Source of the DNA: Bigelowiella natans CCMP2755
Lineage: Eukaryota > Protista > Cercozoa
DNA: 55,397 bases
Assembly: GCA_000320545.1 (NCBI GenBank)
Contig: ADNK01000399.1
Span: 1 to 55,397, forward strand
Direction of reading: 5' to 3'
Positions 38,701-55,131 of the stretch are shown one piece after another. Numbering within the stretch: position 1 is the stretch's first letter; every line of letters begins with the position of its first letter. The notes under the pieces are model-generated. The model searched no databases. It saw nothing but the letters and a program-made list of their open reading frames with translations, and was not told the DNA's origin. The translations under genes and the position numbers were made by a program.

Positions 38701-40428
38701 TGGGTGTGGGCGTGTGCCTCAAAAGCAACATATATCGGGGCAGAAACAAAGATGAGCGTGCCAACAAGAAATGGTTGCTGGTGGTTGCTGATTTGTTCGT
38801 TCCTTTATTGCCCTATTGCTTTTTCGCATCATCATATGTCAGGTTATTACTCCGCCTCTGTCCAAAATTGCCGGATGGATTTCCACTTCAGCAAGATTAG
38901 GTGAGTCAGGGAAGCTGGGGGTATGGGATGCAGCATGAAAGAATACTTTACCAGCTGCTGTTTAGCCTTGCTTCCGAGTGTGTGTGGGGAGGGGAATGTA
39001 TGTAGATAATAACGAGTACTGATGTCTAAATCAGAGGAAGTAGCAGTAGTAGTAGTAGTAGTACATAGCACCATCTCGCACTACCTACTAAACTTCTTGA
39101 ACGTTTTTGGAATATGTCGTGACTCGCGAGGGTACGAATCGGCCAATTATATTGCTAACTACCTGCGAATATTATTGTGTGTTTCAGAGCCCCGGCCTCC
39201 AACTTCGTGGAGGGCACTGTGGCGGAGAGAGAGGAGACGGTAGTAAGCGGCAGTTAATCGTTTAGCATACTCGAGATTCCTTCCTGGTTTTTGTTTGCAC
39301 GTGGTCTCCTAATGCTTCCCGCGTTGTCATCATCATCATCTTCTTCTTCTTCTTCATCATCATCTTACATGCAGACCTCCATCGTTACTGCTAATGATTT
39401 ATACCGGGAGCGGCAACGCAAGAGGGAGGAGGAGCGGAAGCAGCAAGAACTGCTTGAGAAGAGACTGAAGCGCGAGCGGGAACGGAGGGAGAAGAGGAAG
39501 AAACAGAAGGAGGAGCGCGAGCGCCGAGAGAGAGAGAGAAAGGCCAAAGAGAAGAAAGAGGAGGAAGAGGAGGAGGAGGAGGAGGAACGGGAAAGACGAG
39601 AGAGAGAGAGAAAGGCCAAGGAGAAAAAGGAACGGCAGGAGAGAGAGAAGAAGCGACGACTGGAGCAGCGACAGCAGAAGAAGCAGCAGCAGGAGGAGGA
39701 GGAGGAAGCCGCAGCTACCACTACAGCCTCCCCCGCTGGCAAGAACAAACGAGGCGGCTCCAATAAGAGCGCCTCGGCAGAAAAGAACACCACCACCGAG
39801 AAAAAACGACGGAGGAGGAACCGCAGCGACCACCTTCTGATGAGCTCTATCGGCGGCGGTGTGGGCGGCAGTAGCAGGCACCGGGGCAAGGATCCCGGCT
39901 ATAAGTCGGGGCAGCCCGTGCAGGTGAAGTGGTGCTCCACGTGGTACTATGCCTACATCGATGGGCCGATAGAGACCCGGAGAGGTAGGCCATCATCATC
40001 ATCATCATCATCATCATCACCATCGTCATCATCACACTTCTTATTTTTTACGTGTTTGAGATTACTCACCGTTATGATGTTATGATGTGAATTCCACTCT
40101 CCTCCAGGTTACTACTCGGCGATGGTGCAAAACTCTCGGATGGATTTCCACTTCAGTAAGATAAGGTGAGTAGCAGCGATGACAGTCAAGATATTATGAA
40201 GGGCCTTTCTTTCTGCTGCTGCTCCCACCCTGCAGCGTGAAACTGAGCATCCCCCAACCTATGTGCTGCGTGCTTCTTAAGATCCTGAGTTGTTCTGATG
40301 TGATGTACTGTACTTCCTCCTCGATTCCCTCTCGTTCGTTCCGATAGGGCTCCAGGCAACAAGTTCAGAGAAGGAGAGGTCGCTTGCCGTGAAATCCCGG
40401 TATGTGCTTCTTACAACAATCGCGACAG

Positions 40429-40463
<35 letters not shown>

Positions 40464-41053
40464 CATGTAGATTTATGTGTGTGTGTGTGTGTCTGTGTGT
40501 GTGTATCCAGCCGTCAATGTTCAGTACAAAGGATCTATTTCTTGGCCAAGGGAAGGCAAAGAATAAAAGCGACGGAAAGCGGAGAGGTAGCGGGAAGAGC
40601 AAAAAAAAGAAAAGCGACGCAAATGACAGAGGCAGGAAGAAGAGCAGCGGCAGAGGCGTGAATGTTGCTGGCGGCGACCAGCAGCAGGAGGAGGAGGACA
40701 ACGGTGACGATTACAAGTCATCATCAAGCACAAAGAATGCTGATAAGTCTCAGGAAGAAGAGGAGAGGAGACGGCAATCCGGTGATGGTGGCGGTGGTGA
40801 GAATGACGGCTGTGAGCAGCCCAAGGCATCAACACCGACCAATACGACAGAGGAAGATAGCTCCCTTCCCTCCGCTGTTTCTTTAAAGGAAGAAGAAAGC
40901 AGAGAAGGTGGTGGTGCTGAGAAAAATGGAGATTTAGAGCACAGCAGCAACTCCAGCAACTCAGGAGGAGACGTAGCAAAAACGGATGATAGAGATAAAG
41001 CTGAAGCTAAAGCCATCGATGTATCAAATACAGAGGGAGCAAATGACAAGTGA
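33874..41053 (+). CDS. Multidomain chromatin protein: SH3b-like domain, HMG box, IS1-InsA-like Zn ribbon, RanBP2-type Zn finger, two Tudor/Agenet-like repeats, charged coiled coil
   Basis: HMG box KRPKQPKTAYNFYQ|...IGKRWRALEKEERQRYQ|AMADKDSERYQNEL (35390-35880). CPKC..RNG..QRFRCRRC (36876-37030). WKCAVCTLVN..|..CPACG (37488-37860). Two GYxxGQxVQVKWCSTWY repeats. GT-AG introns. Confidence 0.8.
37260..37310 (+). repeat. Coding 9-bp tandem repeat encoding (KTP)5
   Basis: aagactcccaaaaccccgaaaactccgaaaaccccgaaaaccccgaaaacg translates to KTPKTPKTPKTPKTPKT. Confidence 0.9.
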
Positions 41054-41254
41054 AGTGTTTAAATCAGTCAGCAAGCTAGAATTTAGAGTCATAAGCACAT
41101 AAAGCGCGGTAAACTCTCGGTTGAAATCGAGAATGGACGACGAGCATGATTTTGCGGTAAAGCCGCAGTGTTCGCTAGGACACAGAAGTAGCAGGATGAA
41201 TGACATCCTTAAAATCATCGTGTACAAGCATTATCGGTATAATTTATTGTTACA

Positions 41255-42260
41255 CATGTCTAGATGCATCCTACCAGGCTAGGCCCTAGATATGCTGCAC
41301 TACCTGTGGGTGGTTGTTTCCATCCACAACGTCTAGACGTGCAGGCCACAGAAGATGCAGAGAGCATGATGCTGCTGCAAGTACCTGTAAATTAAAAAAA
41401 AGAACGAAGTATGTAGTTCCGACTGTCACATGTACGAACCAGTGCGTCTACTAGCGCAGGATGATTCATTCTTCACCGACGCAGCACAGCTAGACAGCGC
41501 ACTCTAGCACGCATCACTGTACGACACGGCACACTACTAGATAGACTAGCACATAGCTTGTAGAGCGCATGCAACGACAATGCAGTCCGCAATGAGTTTG
41601 CTAGCTAGTTAGTATAGCTAGATAGCGTAGTCTAGACTAGATAGCTAGATAGAATTAGATCGAGCAAGCGGTGCGATGATCCACCTCCACATCGATCGCC
41701 AGTCTAGCTAGCTAGCTAGCTAGCATCGCAGTGCAACTTGCTAGCTTGTGATCGCGGTTATTGGAGAAACTCAACTGCATGCCTAGCTAGCTAGCTTGCT
41801 AGCTCTAGAGCTGTCTAGCTGCATGCGCTAGCATGTGCATGCTTATTAAATATGGAGACATACATGCCGTTATATTTGCAAATCATTTATGTCGATCTCG
41901 ATTTCGCGCATGCAAGCTACTGGTTAAAGCAGTGCTAGAGTTGTGCATGCTAGCTAGCGGCATTTATAGTCTAGTAGATGCAGTCGCAAGTGCGAGCACA
42001 CGCGCACGCACATCACATTGCTAGATTGGGTGTCATTGTGCCCAGCTAGCCAGATTATAAGATGCGATGCTACAGATAGATCTTGAGACATCACTGTTAG
42101 ATCATGCTAGCATGGAGTTCATAATACTTGCTAGCTTGTCTATTTTGCGCGTGCCGGAGCCTAGCTGTTAGACATGCAACGATATTTGCTTGGGAGGCAG
42201 CATATCTGTGTCATTAGGCCTAGCTAGCTAGCCTAGACAGCAAAATGCCATGGCTTGTTA
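41255..42260. other. Palindrome-rich intergenic island D
   Basis: (CTAG)5 at ~41704 and further CTAG runs at ~41783 and ~42220; CATGCTAGCATG at 42103. Lies between the convergent HMG and LZIC genes. Confidence 0.85.
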
Positions 42261-42372
42261 ACGCACGCACGTTACCGCTTGTGATTTCAGACATTTGTTT
42301 TGTGTATTGCATCTGAACTGGAGTAGTTCACCCAGCGATGTGCCGTGGATCAACAACATGACTTTGCTTTTC

Positions 42373-43317
<945 letters not shown>

Positions 43318-43988
43318 GGTGCTAGAGAAAGAAGTAAGGAATCTGCTTGTGGCTCCCCCTCCTCCCTTTTCGTTCCCTGTCGTAATATTCATTGTCGCAC
43401 CATAAAGTTCTAGGACGTTACACCAACATGTTTTCAATGGGGAATTTCCAACTTCAATTCGTCATTTCCGGTTTTCCCCGGACAATTCGCCGAAATGTTA
43501 ATTGTGGTTCGCAGACCTGAAGCGCCTCGAAAGGAAAACACAGCCTTGCAGATCCACGTTATTCTCCGTGCGTGGAGTCTACGATGTACGCGGGGTTTCT
43601 TTTTGGTCCAAAACGCTTGCTTTTTTCCGGCTTTTTTTTTCGCTCCTTCTCTTGGTACGGCCATGTATGGCGCAGAAAATTCGGTGTGCGGGGCTACGTG
43701 GCGCATGTGGCTGTCGAAGCCCCTCATTTAATGCAAAATCGCGTGTTTTTGTCATCTGCGACTGAAAAACACCGCTGCCGGCAGAAAGGAGTTGCAGCCA
43801 CCCATCTCCACCCCCCTCTCTTCATCCAGTGACTGTACCGATTTTTCGTTGGATTCATCTTCTGGGAACCTGGTGAATGCTTATCACTTTGAATGCCGAA
43901 AATTGGCTCCCCTTGAATTCTACAGGAGTTGCCAAGGGGCACAAGTGATTACCGTCACTGAGCCTTATTATAACGTATGCAGGTCAAC

Positions 43989-46900
43989 ATGGCAGCTAAG
44001 GAGGATTACAAATGGGTTGAGGAATTCGTCGATAAGGAGGTATAGAACACTAATTTCATGGCTTGAATACTGTACAGTAATCCCAAATGTATCAATAAAG
44101 GCTGGACGAGTGAAACCTGGTAGAGTAAAGGATTATCTCAGTGAGCTTTTCAAGCGTCGAATCGCTGTCTTAGATGGTGCAATGGGGACAATGATCCAGG
44201 GTTACAAGCTCGGCGAGGAAGACTTCAAGGGAGATAAGTCAGTGAACCAAAGACAAACCTGCCTACTTTTGTCTGTTGTTTTTCAGCGTGATACTAATTC
44301 TTCATTCTTCTTAGGTTCAAGGAGCACAAGTCTCCTCTGAAGGGGAACAACGATCTTCTGTGCCTGACGCGCCCCGAGATTGTTTCGGAGATTCATGAGA
44401 AATATTTCCGCGCCGGATCTGATATTTGTGAAACGAACACGTTCAACGGAACTTCAATTGCGCAGGCTGATTACAAACTGGAACACATCGTCTACGAGCT
44501 CAATAAAGCGGCTGTTGCGGTCGCTCGTGCAGCGGCTGTCAAGGTCACAAAGGAGGAACCTCACAAGCCTCGTTTAGTTGCCGGTGCGATTGGTCCAACC
44601 AATAAAACCCTCTCTATGTCCCCTGACGTCGAAGACCCCTCATTTCGAGCTGTGACTTGGCAAGAAGTTGTGACAGCTTACAAAGAGCAGATCAAGGGGC
44701 TTTATGATGGGGGCGTTGACATTCTTATGGTGGAGACCGTTTTTGATACTCTCAATTGCAAAGCTGCACTCTGGGCTATCGATGAGTACTTTGAGGATGA
44801 TCTCGAAGGCAAAGTTGAACGGCCGCCAATCATCATATCGGGTAAGAATGCAGGGGAGGGGTCTTATCATCTGATTTCTCAAGATCTAGCAGATTCCTTG
44901 TGAAAGGGGAGAAAGAATTTTAATGTGAATTAATGTGTCCCCTTGAACTACAGTTGAACTACAGTAAACACTTCTCGTAGAATTATCGCGCAATTTGAAG
45001 CATTTTTCCTCCTCATCATCATCATCCTTCTGGCCAATGATGGATATTTTGTTAGGCACCATCACTGATAAATCTGGGCGCACTTTCTCTGGGCAAACCA
45101 TCGAGGCATTCTATACGTCCGTGCAGCACTGCAAGCCATTCTGCGTGGGTCTCAACTGTGCTCTCGGAGCAAGAGATATGAGGCCACACCTTGCCGCACT
45201 GTCCAACATCGCCGAGTGCTACGTGCATGCGTACCCCAATGCAGGTCTGCCAAATGCAATGGGCGGATACGATGAGGACGACAAGGCTATGGTCGAATCT
45301 TGTAGGGACTTCTTCGATTCCGGTTTCATGAACATGATCGGTGGCTGCTGCGGAACATCTCCAGCTCATATCAAGGCACTCGCAGAGTGCCTCGCATCCA
45401 AGTAACTAGTAACCGGAAAAGAGAAACAGACCGCTAGAGAGAGAGAGAGAGAGAGAGAGAAGAGAGAGTCATATATATGCATAGAGTGTGGGGTCAGAGG
45501 GAGGGGGGAAGGTGATAAAGGATCTACTACATAGATGTACTCAACGAACTGAGCGACCGTGTTAGGCAGAGCAGCAGCAACACGTTTTGAGGCTCGTTAC
45601 GTTGATTAGGTACCCTCCACGCAAGCCACAACCACTCTGCACAAACATGAGATTGAGCGGACTGGAAATGTATGAGAAGACCGAGAACATCCCTTTCGTC
45701 AACCTTGGGGAGCGCTGCAACATCGCCGGATCGCGTAGATTCAAGAGGTTGATTACGAACAAGAAATACGAGGATGCGCTCCAGGTCGCCCTCGACCAAG
45801 TCGAGAACGGCGCCCAGGTGCTGGACATCAACATGGACGACGGACTTCTGGACGGTGTGGCGGCCATGACGAAGTTTCTGAAGCTCATCGTCCCCGACCC
45901 CGCCATCGCTAAGGTGCCCATCATGGTTGATTCGTCCAAGTTTCACATCTGCGAAGCCGGTCTGCAGGTCGTGCAAGGCAAGTGCATCTTCAATTCCATA
46001 TCATTGAAGGCTGGGGAAGACCTCTTCATCGAGCAGGCACGGAAGCTCAAGCGTTACGGATGTGCTGTTGTGGTGATGGCGTTTGACGAGGAGGGCCAAG
46101 CCGCCACCCTTCAGGATAAGATCAGGATTTGTAAGCGCGCATACGACATTCTGACCGGCGAGAAGGTTAAGTTTCCTCCTTGGGACATCATCTTCGACCC
46201 GAACGTCTTGACGATTGCTACCGGAATTGCTGAGCACAACTCCTACGCCATGGACTTCATCAAAGCTACCAAATGGATTCGTGAGAACCTGCCGCACGCC
46301 CATGTTTCTGGTGGTCTCTCCAATCTTTCCTTCTCGTTCAGGGGACTCAACAACCTGCGTGAATCTATGCATGCCGTCTTCCTCTACCACGCCATCCGAG
46401 ATGGTGCGACCTTCCCCCCCCCCCCTTCCCCTTTTCTCAGATACTCCTATTTGTTGAGAATGTATCAGAGTGATTTTTGGATTTTAAGCTGGAAATAGAG
46501 CACTTTTCGTCGTCCTCCTCACAAATTGTCACCATTATTGCCCCCAATAGGTATGGACATGGGTATCGTTAATGCTGGCGCACTTCCTTTGTACACCGAC
46601 GTTCCACAGGACTTGCTGAAGTTGCTCGAGGATGCCATTTTGAACAAACACGAGAAAGCTACGGACAATCTGCTGGAATACGCCGAGAAGGCGAGGGAGA
46701 GCAAAACTACAGGCGGCACGAAGAAAAAGGAGGCCGCGGAATGGCGCAAACTCAGCGTTGAGGACCGCTTGACTCACGCCCTGATCAAGGGGATCGTGAA
46801 GCACATCGATGAAGACACGGAGGAGGCACGTAAGAAGTTTGACAAGCCACTGGAGGTCATTGAGGGCCCTCTGATGAAGGGCATGTCCACTGTGGGCGAC

Positions 46901-47080
46901 TTGTTCGGTGCCGGGAAGATGTTCCTCCCCCAGGTTATCAAATCCGCACGTGTGATGAAGAAGGCAGTCGCATACCTCATCCCATTCATGGAGGAGGAGA
47001 AGAAGGCATCGGGGAACATGAACTCCCATGCTGGCGTCGTTCTCATCGCCACGGTGAAAGGAGACGTTCACGACATTGGT

Positions 47081-47113
<33 letters not shown>

Positions 47114-47300
47114 AACTTCAAGGTCGTGGACATCGGGGTCATGTGCCCTCTCGATAAGATCCTGAACGAAGCGAAGAAATGCAACGCGGACATCATCGGT
47201 CTCTCGGGCCTGATCACTCCTTCCCTTGATGAGATGGTCGACGTTGCGAAGGAAATGGACAAGCGCGGCTTCAAGGTAAACAGCTCAGAGGAACTGCGGA

Positions 47301-47348
<48 letters not shown>

Positions 47349-48717
47349 AGATTGGGCAGGATGTGCGGGTGTGGGAGGGGGGGGTGAAAAGAAAACGAAG
47401 ATAATGATAATGATAATGATGATGATGATGATGATGATGATGATGTCTCTGGGTTTAACAATTTAACGGTGTCTGTTCGTTTCGCAGGTCCCTCTGCTCA
47501 TTGGTGGCGCTACGACGTCGAGGATGCACACGGCTGTTAAGCTTGCACCGAAATACAAAAACCCCGTGGTCCACGTCCTCGACGCCTCCCGCGCCGTCGT
47601 GGTGTGCTCCAACCTGCTGGACAAGAATCAGAAGGAAGACTACTGCGAGGACATCGCCGAGCTCTACCAGGACATGCGCGAGGAGTACTACGAAGGCCTT
47701 TCGGACGTCAAGTACGAAACGATCGAGAATGCTCGCAAGAGGCCCTACAAGATCAACTGGGCCTCCGAGCCAGCTCCTGTGAAGCCTAAGTGCCTCGGCA
47801 CCAAGGTGTACAAGGAGTACGACCTCCGGGAGCTTGTCGACTACATCGACTGGAACCCCTTCTTCCAGACGTGGCAGCTGCGCGGCAAGTACCCAAACCG
47901 CAACTACCCAAAGATCTTCAAGGATGCGAACGTCGGCAAAGAGGCTAAGCGCGTGCACGGCGACGCCCTCAAGATGATCGATGACATCATCAAAAACAAG
48001 ACGCTCGAATGCCGCATGATCGTCGGGCTCTACCCAGCAAACTCAGACGGCGACGATATCATCGTGTACACTGACGAAGAGCGCAAAGAAGAGCAATGCC
48101 GCTACTTCACGCTCCGGCAGCAGGCTCTGAAAGAGGACAGGGACGACCCCTACATGGCCATGAGCGACTTCGTAGCTCCAAAGGGATCAGGCATCAAGGA
48201 CTACGTGGCTATGTTTGCGGTTTCTGCAGGATTCGGAGTGGAAGAGGCCGTCAAGAAGTACCAGAACGACCACGACGACTACAAGTCCATCATGCTCAAG
48301 GCAGTTGCTGATAGGTTCGCAGAGGCTGCAGCTGAACGCGTCCACGAACTCATCCGCAAGGATCTATGGGGCTACGCGAAGGAGGAAAAGATGAGCGTTG
48401 AAGACATGCTGCGCGTCAAATATCAGGGGATCCGCCCCGCTCCCGGGTACCCCTCACAGCCCGACCACACCGAAAAGCTCACAATGTGGAAGCACATGAA
48501 CGTGGAGAAGGAAACGGGCATTCAGCTTTCAGAATCCCTGGCCATGATGCCGGCCGCCTCCGTTTCCGCGATCTGCTTCGCAAACCCCAAATCGAAGTAC
48601 TTCGCCGTGGGTAAGGTGTGCAAGGATCAGATCGAAGACTATTCTGCCCGCAAGGGTATGAAGAACGAGGTTGTGGAGAAATGGCTTGCTGCAGACCTTG
48701 CTTACGACCGTGCTTGA
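43989..48717 (+). CDS. metH: Cobalamin-dependent methionine synthase (MetH/MTR), 7 exons
   Basis: Exons 43989-44039, 44101-44237, 44315-44841, 45056-45401, 45610-46403, 46551-47275, 47488-48717. Motifs [23 protein letters not shown] (Zn/Hcy domain), GERCNIAGS (pterin domain), [23 protein letters not shown] (B12 His ligand), [17 protein letters not shown] (AdoMet activation domain). Confidence 0.97.
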
Positions 48718-48899
48718 GAAACAACGCCCTCGTGTGGAAAAGACGTGCATTATCTTTAATGAACACTGTCTTTTTCGAATACTGGATTATCGATGAGAGC
48801 GTGTGCCTTGTATTATTGAAATAGTGAAACCGAACGCGGCTACGTAAGAAAATATGCATGTATGTCGTTTCAAGAACAAAAAATTGAAAAAAAACCTCC

Positions 48900-49750
48900 T
48901 ATCAAGATGATTTGATTGTAACATTATGTACGATCAGTACAGTCACACATATCAGATATGTAGCACAAAGAACTATGTATATCGTAGTCGGAATCGATTG
49001 TCGCAGTGGCGCATGCTAGCATGCCTCAATAGCTTGTTGCCTACAATGACAATTAGCTAGCTAGCTAGCAGCAGCCACCATTTATGGCCGATGCCTAGAA
49101 TATCATGAATGACTAAACACAGCCTAGACAGTAGTATGGTGGACATGCTAGCATGCCATACCAGCTAGCTCGAAGACAATTCTCTAACTGTAATTCACAT
49201 ATCTAGATATGCCGATAGTCTGTCTACGTACAGATCCGCCAGAGATGTGCGCGCTGCGTTGGCGCCGTAGTCATCCACGCTCTACTACATGCTAGCATGC
49301 TAGTAGCTGATCGAAGGCAGCCAGCAAGATGCTATGTATCTAGATAGCAGACACATCTACATGTGACCAAGGAAACAAACAGATACAATTTAAGCGCTGT
49401 AGCCGCTGCATTGCACAGCTACATTAGGATGACCATTGAAACAATTTAAACATTTCATTACATCCGTCTCACATCTAGATGTAGCATCTATACGGCATGC
49501 TAGCATGTAAGCGCTGTAGCTGCAGCATTCTAGCATTGCACAGCTACATTAGGATGACGGTTGCTAGCTTGGAAAAATGTAATTGTTTCATTACATCCGT
49601 CTCATATAGCGCGTGCGTGTAGCTTGGCGTGTCGATATTAGATATGACAGCATGCAGCAGGCAATAGGTCTTGAGTATTTTCGCGCCATCAAGTGGTGCG
49701 GACCATGCTGGCATGACTAGATGAGCCATCGTACCGCATCGTACTTCGTT
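48900..49750. other. Palindrome-rich intergenic island E
   Basis: CATGCTAGCATG at 49012, 49144, 49288 and 49496; variant at 49704; (TAGC)4 at ~49054. Lies between the convergent metH and PLP-lyase genes. Confidence 0.85.
49391..49606 (+). repeat. Diverged direct duplication (~85-100 bp units) inside island E
   Basis: taagcgctgtagc...cattgcacagctacattaggatgac...tttcattacatccgtctca occurs starting at 49391 and again at 49508. Confidence 0.85.
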
Positions 49751-49866
49751 CGCACGAGACTTACTTTTTAATACATTTTATTACACTGTTTTGATGGCCA
49801 TTGTTGCCATCTCATGTACTCCTGACAAACAAGAGATTGATAGTCATTCTTCGTGATCTCATATCA

Positions 49867-51889
<2,023 letters not shown>

Positions 51890-52582
51890 GCACCCCTACA
51901 TCAAAAGGCATCGTTGAGCGTTATGGCCACCCTCCACCGTGGACATATAGGCGGGGATGCAATGGATGGTTCGTAAGTCGAGCGATTATGGATTGCTGTT
52001 CTCACCGCTACTACTACGATGAAGGGGGGGTTAGGGTTGGGTTGCTGGGCGACCAGGCAGCTCGGGTCAAGTTCCGTTGTGAAGAACGAAGCGAGGTTCG
52101 ACACCAAATTTGCTTTCAGAATAGAAAAAACAAGCCCGATTGCATTTCAGAGACCAGATACATTTCTTGTCGCTATGACGAAATTACCTAGAGAAATCAT
52201 GCCTTCGGACTCTCGTGAATCTTACATCCTGACGACACTCCGAGGACGAGGAAGAAGAAAGGTTTGGCCCGACACCCGATAGGTCAACCAAACGTTACAG
52301 ATGAGTATAATGACGACGTTGATGACGATGATGATGAGGAGGAGGATGACGATGATTATGTGCGAGAGCATCCGTAGAGCACGTGCGCGCGTTGGCGCGT
52401 TTTTTTGTATGTTTGTGAGTAAAGAATGTGTGCTTGTTTCTGTCTGCACGTATTCGTGCATATGCGCGTCTCGATCCTTCTCAGTGCTGGTAGCGCTTGG
52501 CGCGCGCAAAGACACTCCTCAAGGCGGCGGACGCACGTGCGTTGCTGCCTGTTGCTGTCCCTCCTCCTCCTCCTCCGGCGTG

Positions 52583-53390
52583 ATGGATCAATTAGTCCAA
52601 GAGTGTATCAAGTAGTAAGCAAGTTTTGTCTCCGATCCCACGCGCGCGCGCGCGCACACACACACACGCGAACGTGTACGCACACGTACACACTACCGTT
52701 GATGTCTTGATTACTCTCCCTGCCCACTGTCCTCCCCCTCGCAGATGCCGTACTCCTTACTATGTGGGAGATGACGACAGGATATCGAGACCGGAAGATT
52801 TTATATGTAAAAGGTACCCCCCTCTGGCACCTCTGGTCAACTTTTAAGTGTGATTGCACTGAATAGCGTGGTCATCGGAAACAATTTCGACAGGTGCAAG
52901 GAAGAGCAGGCGCGAAAGGAGGCGATACGAGCTGCCAAGAAAGCTGCAAGGATATCTGCTTCCAAGAAAAAGGTGCAACGTGTGAAACCCAAGGACCACC
53001 AGAGAGCGAAGGAGACGCAAATTGCTCCACAGAGCAAGTGGACACCTGACATGGTCAAGGCACTTGCGCAGGTGATGAAGTTTTAATGAACATTAGTCTC
53101 GGCAAAACAACGTTGATAAATGAAATCGTGCAGGGCGTGCACACCTATGGACCCAAATGGAGCGTAATTCATGGAAAAGTACTGAAATTGAGGGGGTTCA
53201 CGGTAGCCATCCTTTTCCTGTATTTTTGTTACGAACACGCGAATGAACCCCCATCTAATCCTAGGCCGGCGCTATCAGACAAAAGTGGAAGTCATTACAA
53301 ATTCGTGGAGGGCTGGAACATGTTTCGGTGATGTCCTCAGACGGAAGCTCTGAGGTCACCCCATTTCATCCCCATCCTCATCCTTATCAT

Positions 53391-53424
<34 letters not shown>

Positions 53425-55087
53425 GCTCTCAGCAAGCGCCATTGCGACCACAATCGGCAGAGCTATTTTCGTCGCCACCGCCGCCATTCTCACTGATGTT
53501 GAAATACCACCACTACCCGCTGGAGGAGGAGGACGATGAACTAGGCCAACAGCATCGAATGCTTTTCCCATCAGCGCGTCAACAAAACTATGCACATCCT
53601 GGCCAGAATGGTTCGCAGTCATCGCCATCGTCCTCTCATCAGTTGGCTCCTCCTCCTCCTCCTCCTCTGTCGGCTTTCCCATACAAGCAATATTACCACC
53701 AGCAGCAGCACAACCATAGGCTACAGCCACAGAGAAATAGATATGATACGAACAGCTGCTGGGAAGAAGAGACGGATACCAATGGCGCTGATGTTAACGG
53801 TGTTGCAGCATCATCAAAGAATAAAATAAGGCAGCAACTTCCTCTCGGGGCTAATGCTCCGCTTTCGAATAGTAGGCCGCCAAAAAAGGCGAGGAAGAAA
53901 TCGTATCCGTTTAAGGGGACACTTACAACAAAAAAACCATCATCGTCATCATCATCATCATCGTTGAAAGGTATTCGCCATCCTCTGGGCGTTGAGATTC
54001 TGAAGAGTGTGAGGGCATGGGGAAGGCGATGCAAGAAGGTACACGATCGATCCTGGGTGGTAAAAAGAACAATACCCTTGTTTCTGCCTTCGTTCTCACG
54101 CATAGCTCTCGTTGATGTAACGATCAAACACACACACACACACACATACAACCGCAACGACTAATCAACTTGCCAACATATTGGCTTACTTCGTTATTTT
54201 TGTCTCATCGCAGTGTTGCCTCCCCCCCCACCCCCCCCCCCTTCAGAAAAGCTTTCTGATGGGCGTCACTGATGGTTTCTCCCTGGAAGCTGAGATCGGC
54301 TCGAGGATGCCGAAGAGAAGGCGAAAGAGGAGAGGCACCTCCACTACCGTTGCTATGGATCGTGATGATGATCGTGATTATGATTATGATGACGATGATA
54401 CGTCGTCGAGAAACCAGCTGCCTCGCCACAACCGGAGTACACCGTTCTCCTCATCTGTATTCCAATTCTCGAGCCGAGGCCTCGCGGAAATTTCCAGTTT
54501 GAAGAGAACTGCTTCTTCTTCTTACTCTTCTTCTCCTTCTCCTTCTCCTCCTCTTCCTTCCTCTTCTTCAGCAGCGGCATTAGCCACAGGCAGCAGCAGC
54601 AGCAGCAGATATGATTTGAAGGATCATCCTTTCATGCCAAATGGAGGGTTTTACTCTGCTGCTACATCATCAACCGCTACTTCTACCAATATTGGAAGAT
54701 TGCCATCCTCCTCCTCCGCCTCGCTTCTAGCGCCTTTTACTGCGTCGTCGGTAGGGTCTTCAACCTGCAGCACACCTTCACTCCACACGTAAGTTTTCCA
54801 TCTCCATATTACTATCATCATCATCATCATCATCATCATCAACATCAACATCATTGCATCTACATTTAATACACACGCACACACACGATTTCCCAGTAAA
54901 CAACAGCAGCTTCGACTCCCTTCTTCCCTGGGCAGTTCTAACCCCCTCCCTTACTGACCTTTGCTAGTAGTAGCAGACGACATCAACAACGACAGCAAAC
55001 AACCGCTAGTAGTCCTCAAGGGAGGAGGCAGAGGATTCGAGCTCTTACGGTATAATGACAGCACCTTGCGGGGAATACATATTGGCG

Positions 55088-55131
<44 letters not shown>

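Noticed and set aside
41255-42260. Islands as Helitron or MITE remnants (CTAG 3' ends)
   Set aside because: No TC 5' end plus subterminal hairpin arrangement, terminal inverted repeats, target-site duplications or long inter-island homology could be seen. Not fully excluded without a genome-wide repeat search.
43862-43900. GGGAACCTGGTGAA upstream of metH resembles the start of a cobalamin riboswitch core
   Set aside because: It lacks the complementary AxTCC arm and the downstream GCCACTG, GGGAAG and AGYCAG B12-box elements. An Infernal scan with RF00174 would settle it.
45527-47958. Several 125-180 aa antisense ORFs over metH
   Set aside because: Same codon-bias shadow effect.
48900-49750. 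CRISPR-like reading of the repeated palindromic 12-mer
   Set aside because: The repeats are too short, spacing is irregular (132-208 bp), the context is eukaryotic and there are no cas genes.
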